Shown piece by piece: positions 49,401 to 61,333 of a stretch of DNA of 64,000 bases. This DNA comes from Euglena gracilis (lineage: Eukaryota). Under the pieces are notes generated by a model that was given only the letters and a program-made list of their open reading frames with translations, did not search any database and was not told where the DNA came from. The position numbers were made by a program, and so were the translations under genes. How positions within the stretch are numbered: the stretch's first letter is position 1; each line of letters starts with the position of its first letter. The stretch is taken from the NCBI GenBank assembly GCA_039621445.1, contig CP154954.1:11898716-11962715 (forward strand), read 5' to 3'.

Positions 49401-51910
49401 AGAGGTTGTTGGTGAAAAGCTTGCTTCAAATCGATGATCGAAAAAATTTGGTTTGCACCATGTTTGACCAAAATGTCTTCAATTTTGGGTAGGGGGTAGT
49501 TGCATCGCCTTGTTTGGCTGTTTGGCCCCCTGAGGTCCACCACCCCCCTCCAAGGAAAATCGTTGGATTTTTTTGGAACTGGAAAAGTCTGGGACAGCCA
49601 TTCAGAATTTTTGGCTGTGGCTGGCTCAATGTATTTTTTGTCGAGCCAGTCTTGTGTGATTTTTTCAAGTGCCTCTTTCCTCTCACCGTGCATGAAAAAA
49701 GGCTTCTGTCAGGTTGGCTTTGCCCCCTCCTTCAGCGGTATGTATGCATAACCATATTGTCCTCTTTCGGGGGGGTCTGGAAAAGGCGATGACCGAAATA
49801 CCGTCCCCCTGTAATCTTCCAAAACTTGTTCCCTCAACTTGACTACCTGTTCCTCCTCTTTTTTGTCCTCCCCCTCCCTTGCAATTATCATTCGGTTGAC
49901 AACTTGCACTGGGGGGTCACTTCCCTCCAAATTTGTGGCAACCTCCCTCAGGTCCTCATCACTCAAAAATTGCAATTCCTGGTCCAACCCTTCCAATGGC
50001 AAGCAAAGACCAAGTTTTTGCAACCCAAACGAAGACCCGTCTGCCACAGTCACATTGTCCACTGAAAATGTTGTGTCATCCCTGAATTTTTGCGGACCCC
50101 TCCGTCTTTCAACACCCCGCAAAAAATCCAGGTCGGGGCTGTCTTTCACCAATGCCTTGTGGTGTGGAAAAATTCCCAGTTTTGCCTCCGCCAACCATGG
50201 ATAAGAAAGAATGGCATCAACTTTGATGTTTGCCTCATAAAATTCAACCTCATATTCCACACACTCAATTTCCCTTTCCTCATTCCAATTTTGTTGTAGG
50301 ATCATTTTCACCTTTGCACATCTGCTCCCCACCGCCAAAGTTTGCCCATTGGCCGTTTCAAACCTTAACGGGTCCTTAGCAGGATACATTAGGTGGTCCC
50401 CTATCAACCCTTGTCGAATGAGGTTTGCCTCCGCTCCCGTGTCAATCAAAATTCTGGCCGTTTTTTCCTCCCCATTTGCCAACTGAATCTGGGTTTTTAA
50501 CAGAAGTTGTCTGTCCTCCCCGAGTTTCTTTGCTCCTCCACGAGTTTTCGTCCCCCTCAACATTCTTTTTTTCAGCCGCACCAATTTTTTCTTCCCTGGG
50601 GCTGCCCCCCCCTGGGAGGGTAGCCTTCTATCGATCAACAAGGCCCACACCCCCCAACGGGTCCCCCTCAAAATCCTCCCATCAGCCTCAAACAACTTTG
50701 TCCCCTTGGGAAAATAAATCTTTTTGACAGCCATAGCCACCAGATTTTTCACCCGCCTCCTATTCCAGTCTGGGCAAATGCAAATCGCCCGACAATTGGA
50801 ATTTTGCAATTTTTCAGCCACCTCAGGCCACAAAGTCCAGGGGGGGCTCATCCACAACATTTCCTCCGCCCCCCAATCCTTTTTCATGGCATCATCATCC
50901 TCCCCGTAAAACTTTTCACACCTGGCATTTTGGCTGGTTGCAAAACAATCCCGTTCCGCCTTAACCCGAAATTCCTTCTCAATTTCCTCCATACAAACTT
51001 TCCGAACAGCATAATCCTCCCTACGATATCCGCTTTTTCGTTCCAACACGGTTAACAAATACTCCACCAGTTGTTTGGGCATCCTCCATTTTTTCTGAGT
51101 GCCAACTGTCATTCCATATCCTCCCAACTTTTCTCGGTGACTCCTCCCCCCAGGAATCAAATTCGGGCAGGTCTGGCCATCACAAAGTTTGTTTTGTAGC
51201 TTGCTCAGATTTTCACTCCCCCAGATTCGGGTGGGCTTTTGATATCCCCAATCTGAAAACTGACAATAGTCAACATCGACAAAAGTCAGATTTTGAACAC
51301 AGGGTCTTTTCCGCAAAAGTCCATGACGGGGATTTTCAAACCACCACAACTTTGGTTTGAAATATTCCACAATCTCCAAAGTTTTTTTGACCAGCCGATC
51401 TGCCCCCTCCAAATTTCTGACTCCCAATGTTTTGGCCAAGCTATATTCTGTACAGGGCACCCCCGCAGCGATGATCTGAAAATATCCGGGGGGGTACCTC
51501 CAATATCTCCACTCCAAAATATTTGCACAGTGGGTTGGGTTAAATCTGGGGTTTATGTCCACTGACACAACCTTAAACCCCTGCTCTCTCAGGCAATCCC
51601 CAACCGAGCCTTTACCGCAAAAAAGGTCTAAAGCTCTTTTCTTTACGGAAGGCTGTGCACGATCCCTTATGGGATCTGATTTTTTACAGATTTGGGCCGA
51701 GTCACAGATTTGCACGTCACGCATGCACGCACCCGACACACTGGACACACCTTGTGTATAGCTCTCCTGGGATGGCAGATTTTTCATCGTGCTTTCGATT
51801 TCACTCGCACGAGATTTTTCTTGCCACCTGGGATTTGTGTATGTCTTTGTGTGGGGCTGGGTATGCGAGCCCGGGGCGGCTCCCGCCCCCAACGGTCCAC
51901 CCCGGCTATC
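46436..51910 (-). CDS. pol: Element B pol: C5-MTase - N6-MTase-like - PR - RT - RH - IN - CHD in one frame with a single premature TGA (49709-49711; AGA in A)
   Basis: ORFs 49709-51892 (727 aa) and 46436-49693 (1085 aa) share a frame; LFCG, GVPC, ENP, SPPW, DTG, YIDD, DDE and chromodomain motifs. Confidence 0.95.
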
Positions 51911-54900
51911 CTAGCCTCGGTTTCCTTTCCCCCTCCCTTTGCCTTTGCCTTTTCCACCATCCTGGCCCTTTCCCCTAGACCAGTCATTTCCATTGTTTCC
52001 TTTCCCCCAAGAATTGTTTCCTTTGCCCTTTCCTTTGCCTTTGCCTTTGCCACCACCAGACTGTGAATCAAAATTCTGTTGATTTGAGTTCCACCACTGA
52101 TTTCCCTGAAAATTGGCATTGGCATTGGAATTCCACCCAGAATCGTTTCTCCATCCCCCCCCCATTGCCAAATTGAGATTGCTGGGGGGGTGGCAATGAC
52201 TGTGATCGAATCACTGGCACTGGATTTTGCACTGGGGGGTTCACGTTTGTATTGGTCGCAGGAGCTGCCACCTGTGAATCTGATTTTCCAACGGACGGTT
52301 TTGCCACCGTTTCAACCCCCTTTGCTGACCGTGCTGGGGAGGGTGTCCTGGACCCCTTGGCCCGATCTGCCTTCGCAGACCTGGCCCTCCGGTTTCCAAA
52401 CCCATTTGGCTCTCTGGAACTGTGTATTATGTCTTGATCATCCCTGGATGACAATTTTCGCTCAACAAAACGAAAAATTTCTTCAGCTCCCATTTTTGGC
52501 TTTTCCTCCACAATTTTGATTCTTTTATCCGTGCCTGTGATTGGTTTCCCACTGACCTCTTTCAGTTTGTCGCAAATCGTAGTGTTGGGCAAAAAGACTT
52601 CGAACTCCAGCGGTGAAACTTTCGAAACCTTGCAGGGCTTTTCCCCAGTGACACGTTCCACAGCACAAATAATGTTTTCCTCGGTTGCAGGCACTCCAGG
52701 GTACATTTTGACTTTCGGTCCACACGTTGATTTCCTTTCCTCCTCATCGGCGACCCAATGCAAAATGAAATTTGGCAGTTTTCCCTTGACCAGTCTTTCT
52801 GCCTCATCGTCAGTGGCGCTTTTCACCTGTCTCCAGGCTATTCTGAAATTTATGACAAAATCTCGCCATTCCTGTACGGTAATTTTCCCTTGGTTCACGA
52901 GGTTCACATCATACCATTTTTTTCTGGCACACTCGGATTGAGTTCCAGCATATTTCCCTTCAAGCCTGTCAAATTCCTCCTCGAAAGATGTTTTTCCGTT
53001 CAATTCCAGTCGGAATTGCAATTCCTTTTGATTTGTGTCGTCCAGCGTCATTGCAAAAAGCTGAAGCTTGAGTGAATCAGACATATGTCCATTTTGCAAA
53101 ATAACCAACGTCCTGAAATATTGATCCCAATCCCGCACAAAGGACGACCAGTCTTTTGGCTGTCCAGAAAAATTTGGAGCCACCAGGTTTTTCATCAATT
53201 GATGTGTTGCCACTGAATTTGATGGAACCGACCCTGCACCTCTGCAGGCACTGCCCCCACAGGTCGTGCACAAACCTGCCTGACATGTGTCGCATGTGAC
53301 CCTGGTTCTGTGTATTCATAGCCTTCAATTTCAACCGGATTTTTCTCAATCACAGGTAAATCGTTGTAACCAAAAAGATCAAACTCCTCGATTTCTGAAT
53401 TTCCAGCTGATTTTTCTCCCGTTTCCTTTGTCAGATCCACTGTCGCAGATTTGGCAGATTCAGCTTGCTGATTTTTCATCACCAAAAACTCAGCCTGAAA
53501 TAAATCCAGCTTTTGTTGCAATTTTTTCCGCTCCTGCTGTTCTTTAAAAAGTTCACTGGACTGCTGTTGCACTAAAACTCCAACCTGCTGTTTCATCGAA
53601 TTTTCCATTTCAGCCCGAACTTTCTCAAACTGCCCCTCCCTTTCACTCAGCCTCCACCTTTCCTGCAACATTTCACTGATAATGACCTCCAAATTCTTTC
53701 TCGTTTGCAGCCCCAACTCCCTTTGCACCTCCAACCGAATTGTTTCCTCGCTCTTGTTAATCAGGTCACAGACTTTGTCAATGGGAAAATCTTTCCGACC
53801 CAGAAAATTCTCCAACCTCCCCAAACGATCATTCAGAGCTTTGCTCTCTCGCTCCAGGGACTGTGAAAATTCCTTCAATTTCTCAGCCTGCGCCTGAAAA
53901 TTGGCACACTCAGTCTCCCCCAAACCTTTGAATTGCTGAAAAATGATCCCAAAGCGTCCCTCCAGGCCAGAGCTTAGCTCACCGACTGCAGATTTGACCT
54001 GATTAACAGCAATTTCCTGCTGTTTTTCCTTCTCCCCCACTTGTTGCACCACCACGTCCATCTCCCCCACAGATTTTTCCAAAATCGACAGTTTCTGAGA
54101 AAAATCCCTCTCATTTTTTCTCAACCCCTCAACCCGGGCCTCAAAAAACGAGTTAACTCCATCCTCCACTTTCTTCATTTTTTCAGCAAACTGCCGTTCC
54201 ATTTCCACACTCAACAAATGCCTTTGGCATTGGGTCAGATTTTGCACCATTTCACCATTTTGCTGAAACTGCAAAAGCAAGTCGTTTACAGTTGCACTCA
54301 GTTCAGCCTGAATTTCACGTTTCACCATGGCAATGTGATCAGCCATTCGCCCATCATGCATGCCCAATGCCTCATTCACCGGATTCAATGTCTGCCCCTG
54401 TGACATGGCCAATGCCCGATTTAGCCTGTTTTCTGCCTCCCCCACCAGAATTTCAGCCGTTTTTTCAGGGTTTTTTCCTTCCTGCACCAAAAGTCTGTCA
54501 TGTAAACATTCAATTTTACAACTGATTTCTTCACCCCAATTGTTCCAATCATCATCGGATTGACCATAGCCCGATTCCATTTCCACATCATGTTGATTTT
54601 CAGGGTTTTCGGACCCAGTTTCTGCAGAAAAACTGGTGTTTGGCTGTAAATTCTGTGGCTGGGTCTGTGGAAAATCTGGCTGAATTGGCTGAAAAATCTG
54701 GGCTGGGCCTGTGTTTGAAGACACTGTTAACGCTGGCTGAAAAACCTGCCCATGCATCTGGGCTGGTCCCATGATTGCTGGAACGGATGACTCAGCCGAA
54801 AACTGCTGGGCTGGCTGAAAAACCTGTGAAGTCATCTGGGCTGGCCCCATGATTGCTGAAACAGATGACCCAGCTGAAAACTGCTGGGCTGGCTGAAAAA

Positions 54901-56542
54901 CCTGTGAAGTCATCTGGGCTGGCCCCATGATTGCTGGAACGGATGACGCAGCCGAAAACTGCTGGGCTGGCTGAAAAACCTGTGAAGTCATCTGGGCTGG
55001 CCCCATGATTGCTGAAACAGATGACTCAGCCGAAAACTGCTGGGCTGGCTGAAAAACCTGTGAAGTCATCTGGGCTGGCCCCATGATTGCTGAAACAGAT
55101 GACCCAGCTGAAAACTGCTGGGCTGGCTGAAAAACCTGTGAAGTCATCTGGGCTGGCCCCATGATTGCTGGAACGGATGACCCAGCCGAAAACTGCTGGG
55201 CTGGCTGAAAAACCTGTGAAGTCATCTGGGCTGGCCCCATGATTGCTGAAACAGATGACTCAGCCGAAAACTGCTGGGCTGGCTGAAAAACCTGTGAAGT
55301 CATCTGGGCTGGCCCCATGATTGCTGAAACAGATGACCCAGCTGAAAACTGCTGGGCTGGCTGAAAAACCTGCAGCTGGGCTGCAGCTGGCTGTGCTGAC
55401 TGCGGTTCTGAACTTTGTGTTAACAGTAATGGTTCTGGCTGGGCTGTTAAACACAACATTTTTTGTTCTGGCCCTGGGCTGCTGTCTCGTGACGGCACAG
55501 AAATTTGCTGAAAACCTGAAAAATTTACTGGCCACATGCCAGCAGCTTTCATTCTTTGCATAACCATTTGCTGAATAATTGCGTTTTCAGCCTGTTTTTC
55601 TTCCTCTGATTCGCTTTCACAACCTGGGGGGTCTGATTCGTCGTCACTGCCATGCAGTGGAACCAGTTGTAAATTTTCTGGCCCTACCACCGTGATGGGC
55701 CTAATGCATGTAAATGACCCCCTCCCCGAATCAGAATCAGATTCTGATTCCTGTGTCGTTTCTGAAAATCCTGAAGCCGATAAAGTTTCTGCAGCCAGAA
55801 AATTGTTTTCTGCCACAGATTCCATCATGATTTGCAATGATGCCACAGGTTCTGAAAACTGGGCTGCCGAAAATTCAGCTTCCGTTTCGTTCTGAATGCA
55901 GCTTTCTGCCACAGATCTCAGAAAATTTTCACCACAATCTGAAACTCGGACAGATTGGCCGGGAAACGAGCAGATTTCTGCAGATTCTTCCGAAAATTCA
56001 CAGACCACAGGGTTCATGAAACTGTCCTTGTGTACCATTCTGCTGGCACAGCCACCAGAACAAATCTCTGTGACCGTGTCGACCGTCTCTGAAAAATTTT
56101 CACTGACTGGGTCAGTGAAACAACCTTTGCTTGTGATTTCAGCCGAATCTGAAAACTCTGCATTGATTCTGCTGGCAGAGGCAGCGGAACAAATCTCTGC
56201 AACGACGTTCACCGAATCTGAAAAAACCTCACTGACGAAGTCAGTGAGCCGACCTCTGCTAACCATGTTCGCCGGCCCCACCCCCTGTGCGCCGCCGGTC
56301 GCCCCCGCGACCGGCGAGTCCCGGTGGGCCGAGGGCCCGGGGGGGTCCTCGCCGTCGTGGATAACCACCGACAGCAGGGGGGTGGGTGTTTCCGGGGCGG
56401 GGCCTGCGCTTTCTCGGGGAATTGGTGGGCTCAGGCCAACTCCCATTTTTTCACCCAGGTGTTTCCCCCTACCCCAGCCGGTGCGTAGGATCGTTTTTTT
56501 AATGTTTTCTGAAAATTTGGTGAACACCGAAAAATCTGCCAT
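51911..56542 (-). CDS. gag: Element B gag (two frameshifts)
   Basis: ORFs 53195-56560, 52068-53273, 51911-52171; collinear with A gag. Confidence 0.88.
54749..55372 (-). repeat. 8 x 78-bp in-frame tandem repeat (QVFQPAQQFSAGSSVSAIMGPAQMTS) in B gag
   Basis: single copy in A (~26456-26533). Confidence 0.95.
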
Positions 56543-57063
56543 TTGGTGTGAAAATCTCACTTCTCTCTCTCTCTCTCACGCACACCTTGTAGGCAAAAAC
56601 CAACCCACTGATCTGAAATGAATCCCAACCCACTGGAGAAGCAAACACACTGTTGGAAATCTGTGAGAGTGACTGAATGTGATGGAAAAAACAACCTGGG
56701 GCAAGGAAGAGGGGTATAGGGTATGTAGGCGGCGGTGAGGGTGGCGGTGTTGTAGGGTCTCCTTGATTTCAATACCAACTTGAATTCAATAACTCCACCA
56801 ACAATGTAATGACCAACAATGTAACTGTCAAATCCAATTCAACAATGTGATTGATCAAATCCAATTCAATGTATTTCCTCTTTGCCAAATAATGGGGAAA
56901 ACCCCTCAAGTTCTGTGAACAAAAAGAATTTGAAAGGTCTTTGAAATTTGACCCGCTTCCAATTTAAGTCGCGGGTTTTTTTAACTGATTGGCTGTTACC
57001 CGCGACTTTGAAATTTGCGCTTTCTGGCAATTTTTGGCTGCCGGCGAAAGCCGGCGGCCGACA
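56266..57063 (-). repeat. Element B 5' LTR
   Basis: followed on the minus strand by PBS TGGTTAGCAGAGG. Confidence 0.97.
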
Positions 57064-58700
57064 GGGTGTTCAACCTATTCTCGGTTTGTGGGGTTGTGGT
57101 ACCCAACGTGGGTTGGGGTACCCCTACCGCATTTTCAGCGGTTTTGTCATCCATCATTGTAGAAAGTCGGTTGTCCAACACCGAAATTTGTTGTTTTAAT
57201 GTGAGAACTTGTTGGGTGACCGAATTTTTGGTACTCATCAAGGTTTCACAAAATTCTTGTAAGTTTTCCTGATTTTTCGCAAGCATTTGGTCGTAAAATG
57301 TGCGAAAGTCAAGGGGTAGTTCGACTTCGCGAACCGGTTGTCCATCCGAGGATGGTTGGAGTCCAGAGACCCTTGTAGAAAGTGTTTGTATGCGTTTTTG
57401 TAAATGGGAAGTGGTGGATTGTATGGTTTTGAGTTGGGTGTTCAAATCCGCAAGTGCGGTTTCAATGCCGGTGACATCCGGAAATGATTTTTGAATACCG
57501 TTGCACCGTTTGTGCAAGTCCGCAAACGCGGATTCGATTTTGTTCAGATCCGCTTGTAACTGATTGTGCAAATCGGTTACAGTGGATCGTAATGCTCCCA
57601 TACTGGGATTTTTGGTGGAAGTTTCCGCAAAGCGGCGTTGTAAGTCCCCAATTGCGGTTTGTAGTCCCGAAACATCCGTAAAAGCGATTTTCAGGTCTGC
57701 AAACGCAATTTGGAGGTCCGCATTCACGGTTTGGATGGTAGTTATGACCGTTTCTCGGTCTTGGAGTTCCGCATTCGCGGTTTGTAAGCTAAGAATCCCC
57801 GCATCGCGGGATTGGAGTTTCGCTGTAGCGGTTTGTAGCGCATTGTAAGCAGTTTCAAGTTTTTATATGTCGTTTTGCCACTTTTCATGGATGAAATCTT
57901 GCCGATGCGCGATTTCCGCCACTTGAGTGTGCAATGTACATAGGTTTCGCGTATTTGTGCAAAATTTTGATTAAAACTCGCGTTTTCATCACCCAAACGC
58001 AAAATGCGTTCTTGGGATTGTTGTACAACATTGGACAGGGTTGAGAAGTGCTCATATGAGACATATGAGCCAAGTTCCGCACCCGTAGGCGCTTTATCCC
58101 GTTGTTGTAGGCGGGACTGCAATTCTTGCATTGTATAAGAAAAGTTTTCCAGTTGTGTGAACAATTGTTGTAGATTTTGTTGTAAATGTGAAAATTTTGT
58201 GTTATTCCGCGATTCCGCGGTGTGGAGGGTCTCTTGTACCTGTTGGAAGTTTTGTACCAAGGTGTTGCGCAAAAATGCGTCAAAACCTTGGTGGAGGTTC
58301 TGAAGGTCCATTGTAGTGGAGTTGAAATTCTTTTGGCAAAATTGTCCAAATTCTTGGATGTATTGCCAAAGGAAGTCCAGCTTGCCGAAAACGGCCTTGT
58401 GACTGTCTTCATCAAATTGTAGGACTTGGTTCAGTGTTTTAGCGCAATTTTGGACACATGCTTCGATGTGTCGAAATTGCTGTTGTAGTGGGTGGTTCTC
58501 CGGTAAATTTGCGACTACGCGCTCAACGGTATTACTGGAGAGCGAATCCCGGTCCTCCTCGGGGTCATTGTCCATGGGAACAATGACACCGGCAGTGTCC
58601 GGGACCACCAACCGCATTTCAGCGGACCAAGGTAGTTCTGGGATTTCTCCAAAGTGTGGAGGGGGGGGGCAAGTCCCGAATGGGGCTTACCGGTGGTAGG
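57064..58700 (-). pseudogene. gag: Element C gag, 5' coiled-coil part (interrupted by B)
   Basis: heptad-rich ORFs 57742-58617 and 56996-57727; removing B gives continuous ..NRLNTLTTTMETLVKR.. into ORF 44090-44728. Confidence 0.85.
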
Positions 58701-58924
58701 GCCGGGGGGGGTTGGAAAAAACAAGGTGTTTCCAACCCGTCCTCGTAAGGGGGGGGGGGTCTGTAGGCAATTTGGTGCCAAAAGGCACTAATTGCCAGTC
58801 CCGTTCGGGCATTCGGCCCACTTGTTGAGTCCGACTCCGCAGAAGCGGAAGGGGTCCGTAGATTGTAGGGTTATGTTGCACCGCAAATGCGGCGGTTTTA
58901 ACGGTGGGTCCGCGAATGCGGGTT

Positions 58925-59420
58925 GGGTCCGTAGACCCTTGTAGGGGGGGGCACCGCCGAAGCGGCTTGGGTCCGAAGACCCTTGGATGGGGGGGGGGGC
59001 ACCGCCGAAGCGGCTTGGGTCCGAAGACCCTTGGAGGGGGGGGGTACCGCCGAAGCGGCTTGGGTCCGAAGACCCTTGGAGGAGGGGGGGGCACCGCCGA
59101 AGCGGCTTGGGTCCGAAGACCCTTGGAGAGGGGGGCGTACCGCCGAAGCGGCTTGGGTCCGAAGACCCTTGGAGGGGGGGGTACCGCCGAAGCGGCTTGT
59201 TGTAGGGGGAGGGGCACCGTTAATGCGGTTTGGGTTCGAAAGCCCAGTTGTGGGGGGGTGGTACCGCCGAAGCGGCTTGGGCGTCCGCCCCTTGTATGGA
59301 AGAATTTTCCACCGCAGAAGCGGCTTGGGCATCCGCCCCTTGTGGATAAAAATTTTCTGTCGCTAAAGCGACTTTGGCATCCGCCCATTGTAAGGAAAAA
59401 TTTCCTGTCGCCGTAGCGAC
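58925..59420 (-). repeat. ~45-bp tandem repeat of paired hairpins in the leader of element C
   Basis: unit (G)nYACCGCCGAAGCGGCTTGGGTCCGAAGACCCTTGGA, 5 full units plus degenerate flanking units. Confidence 0.92.
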
Positions 59421-60083
59421 TTCGTCTGCATTCTGCAGTCCACGAAGCGAACCTATTAACAAAGAATAGTTAATAGGTGCGTTTCCCGTGTGCGCATGTG
59501 CACTTTGCATTTCTGATGAAAAGTTGGAATTTTTTTTGTGAAAATCGGAACAATTGTAAAAATTGTAAAAATTTGTGTGAAAAGAACCAAAAAGATAAGC
59601 AAAGGTGGGGGCTTTGTGATGCATCCGTAGCCACTTGTGCCCCTGAGACACCTCGCCCGCGCTTAGGACCGTCAGCGGGGCTACCACCGCTCGACGGTGC
59701 TCTATCCTCTGAGGGATGAGGTGGTAGCCACATTGTGGTGAACGAGTGCACAAACGGTAGCTGTATATTTTCCATACAAATCTTTACGTGCTAATTTTTA
59801 TTATATCTGTTTTCTATTTACTGGTTTCCTTTTTTCGCAGTTACCTTGTTGTTGTTATTGTTGTCTTTTGGGTTTTTATTCCATACTCCAGGTGTGATTA
59901 TTTCTCTTGCCGTTGCACCAACTGTTCCTCCACCAAGTCCCCTGTCGTTATTTGCATCTCCGCATTCCCTCCTCTCATCCCTAGATTGTCTCTGCCTTTT
60001 TGCTCGTCCGCCTGGCACATTCTCTTTGCCCAAATCGTCTCTATCGCGTTTTCTCTGTTTCCCGATGCTGCGGCTGCTGACTT

Positions 60084-60170
60084 GGTTGTTGTTGTTGTTG
60101 TTGTTGTTGTCGACGTTGTCGTTGTTGTTGTCATTGTCTTTTTGCTGTTGTTTTTGTTGTTGTCGTTGTT
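60084..60170. repeat. Imperfect (GTT)n microsatellite
   Basis: direct inspection. Confidence 0.9.
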
Positions 60171-60842
60171 GCTGGCGGTGATGATGGTCGCTGTTTTGTT
60201 GTTTTTTTTCTGATTTTGCCGCAAAACAGTTTTTCTTTTTGCGTTTTCTGTGTGGTTTTTTTCCTATTATATTCGTTTCCGGCAATTGTTAGCTTTTTCT
60301 CTCTTTGTTCGTAAGTGTCCTCATCGGGCCAGTGTATTACATTTAAAAAAAACAGTGTATGAACATGAGTACGGGTTTTTTTCTTTGCTTATTCCAATTA
60401 ACAGGCTTGTACATATCACAGGTTCTCTTTCAACCAATTTGGTTTTCCTGTTCCTGTTATTTTGCAAGGTCTCCCACAATCTATGTTTTAATTTATGTTT
60501 CGTTTTTCCTTCTTTCTGTTTTTGCCATTTTGGACTGCCCTGACCCATCTCAGCCATTATTGTACAGTTCTCCTTCGACGTCCCTGTCGCCTCCGACCAT
60601 TCCACTGCTTTTGAGACCACCTACATTTCAGCCCCAATCCCTCATCCAAAACCTTTCGGCGTGTACCAATCTGACAGCATCTCAGGTTTTTTGTGGTGGT
60701 ATTACTCATAGTTGGTTATGATTACCACCTCTGCGGCCCAGTTATGTATATTTTCCCTGGACACCATCCTCTTTTGTCTGGCCTCACATTTTTCCCGGGG
60801 GCAGTTTTCACAAGTTATCAATTCTGTATTTGTGTTTGCGAT

Positions 60843-61333
60843 TGTGAGTCAGGGGTGCTGAGTGCCCAAAACAACATAACCTAACCCAACCCAACCTGAT
60901 GACTCTGCAGTTAGGATTAGGAAAATATTATTAGGAATTATTAGCAGCTGACCCCATTGTCCCTGCACAGGGCTCTGTCACTGTTTTTGTCTGTTTCAAG
61001 TTCAAGAATTGAATTATCTTGGTGGCAATCATCATTCTTACCTGGACAGTACGTGGTTCATTATATTGGTGCTGGTTTTGGAATTGCTGAATTGCTTGTA
61101 TTGTGCTGTTGGTCTTGTGGATTTTTTATCAAAGAAAAGGTGTGAGCCACCCAACTCACCTGTTTTCACCAAAAAGACCCACCAAAACAAAAGAAAATGC
61201 AATTTTTAAAACAAGCCGCGAGGGTAATTGAAAACACCCTGGGCAGGGTTAAAGATCCTACGCAACGGGGTGCCGGCCTCGAGGAACTGGAAACTCCAGG
61301 GCGGGCACCACGGGTACAACATGGTCGCAGAGG
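60843..61333 (+). repeat. Element F 5' LTR (60843-61321) plus PBS TGGTCGCAGAGG (61322-61333)
   Basis: TG start sharing 25 bp with the E LTR; ..TACAACA end followed by a PBS-like motif and a gag-like region. Confidence 0.75.

Larger units (their letters stand above)
44744..57063 (-). mobile_element. Element B: full-length sister of A (12,320 bp)
   Basis: 798-bp LTRs TG..CA, TSD GGGT (44740-44743, 57064-57067), PBS 56253-56265, PPT 45542-45552. Confidence 0.97.

Noticed and set aside
49709-49711. TGA recoding or a non-standard genetic code in B pol
   Set aside because: The codon is AGA (Arg) in A, so this is a simple nonsense mutation
58925-59290. CRISPR-like array of palindromic repeats
   Set aside because: Units are separated only by variable G runs, with no unique spacers and no cas genes; it is a tandem repeat in a retrotransposon leader
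59788-60285. Poly-V/N/T/L ORFs
   Set aside because: Translation of the (GTT)n tract; no domain signal
59420-60840. 5' LTR/PBS of element C
   Set aside because: No copy of 20891-21321 and no clear PBS found; C appears 5'-truncated. The GCTACCACC/GGTGGTAGC hairpin near 59680-59729 lacks ribozyme or tRNA hallmarks
17581-60867. 17581 and 60843 as the paired LTRs of one element
   Set aside because: Identity lasts only 25 bp; the first follows a PPT (3' LTR) and the second precedes a PBS (5' LTR), so they belong to different elements
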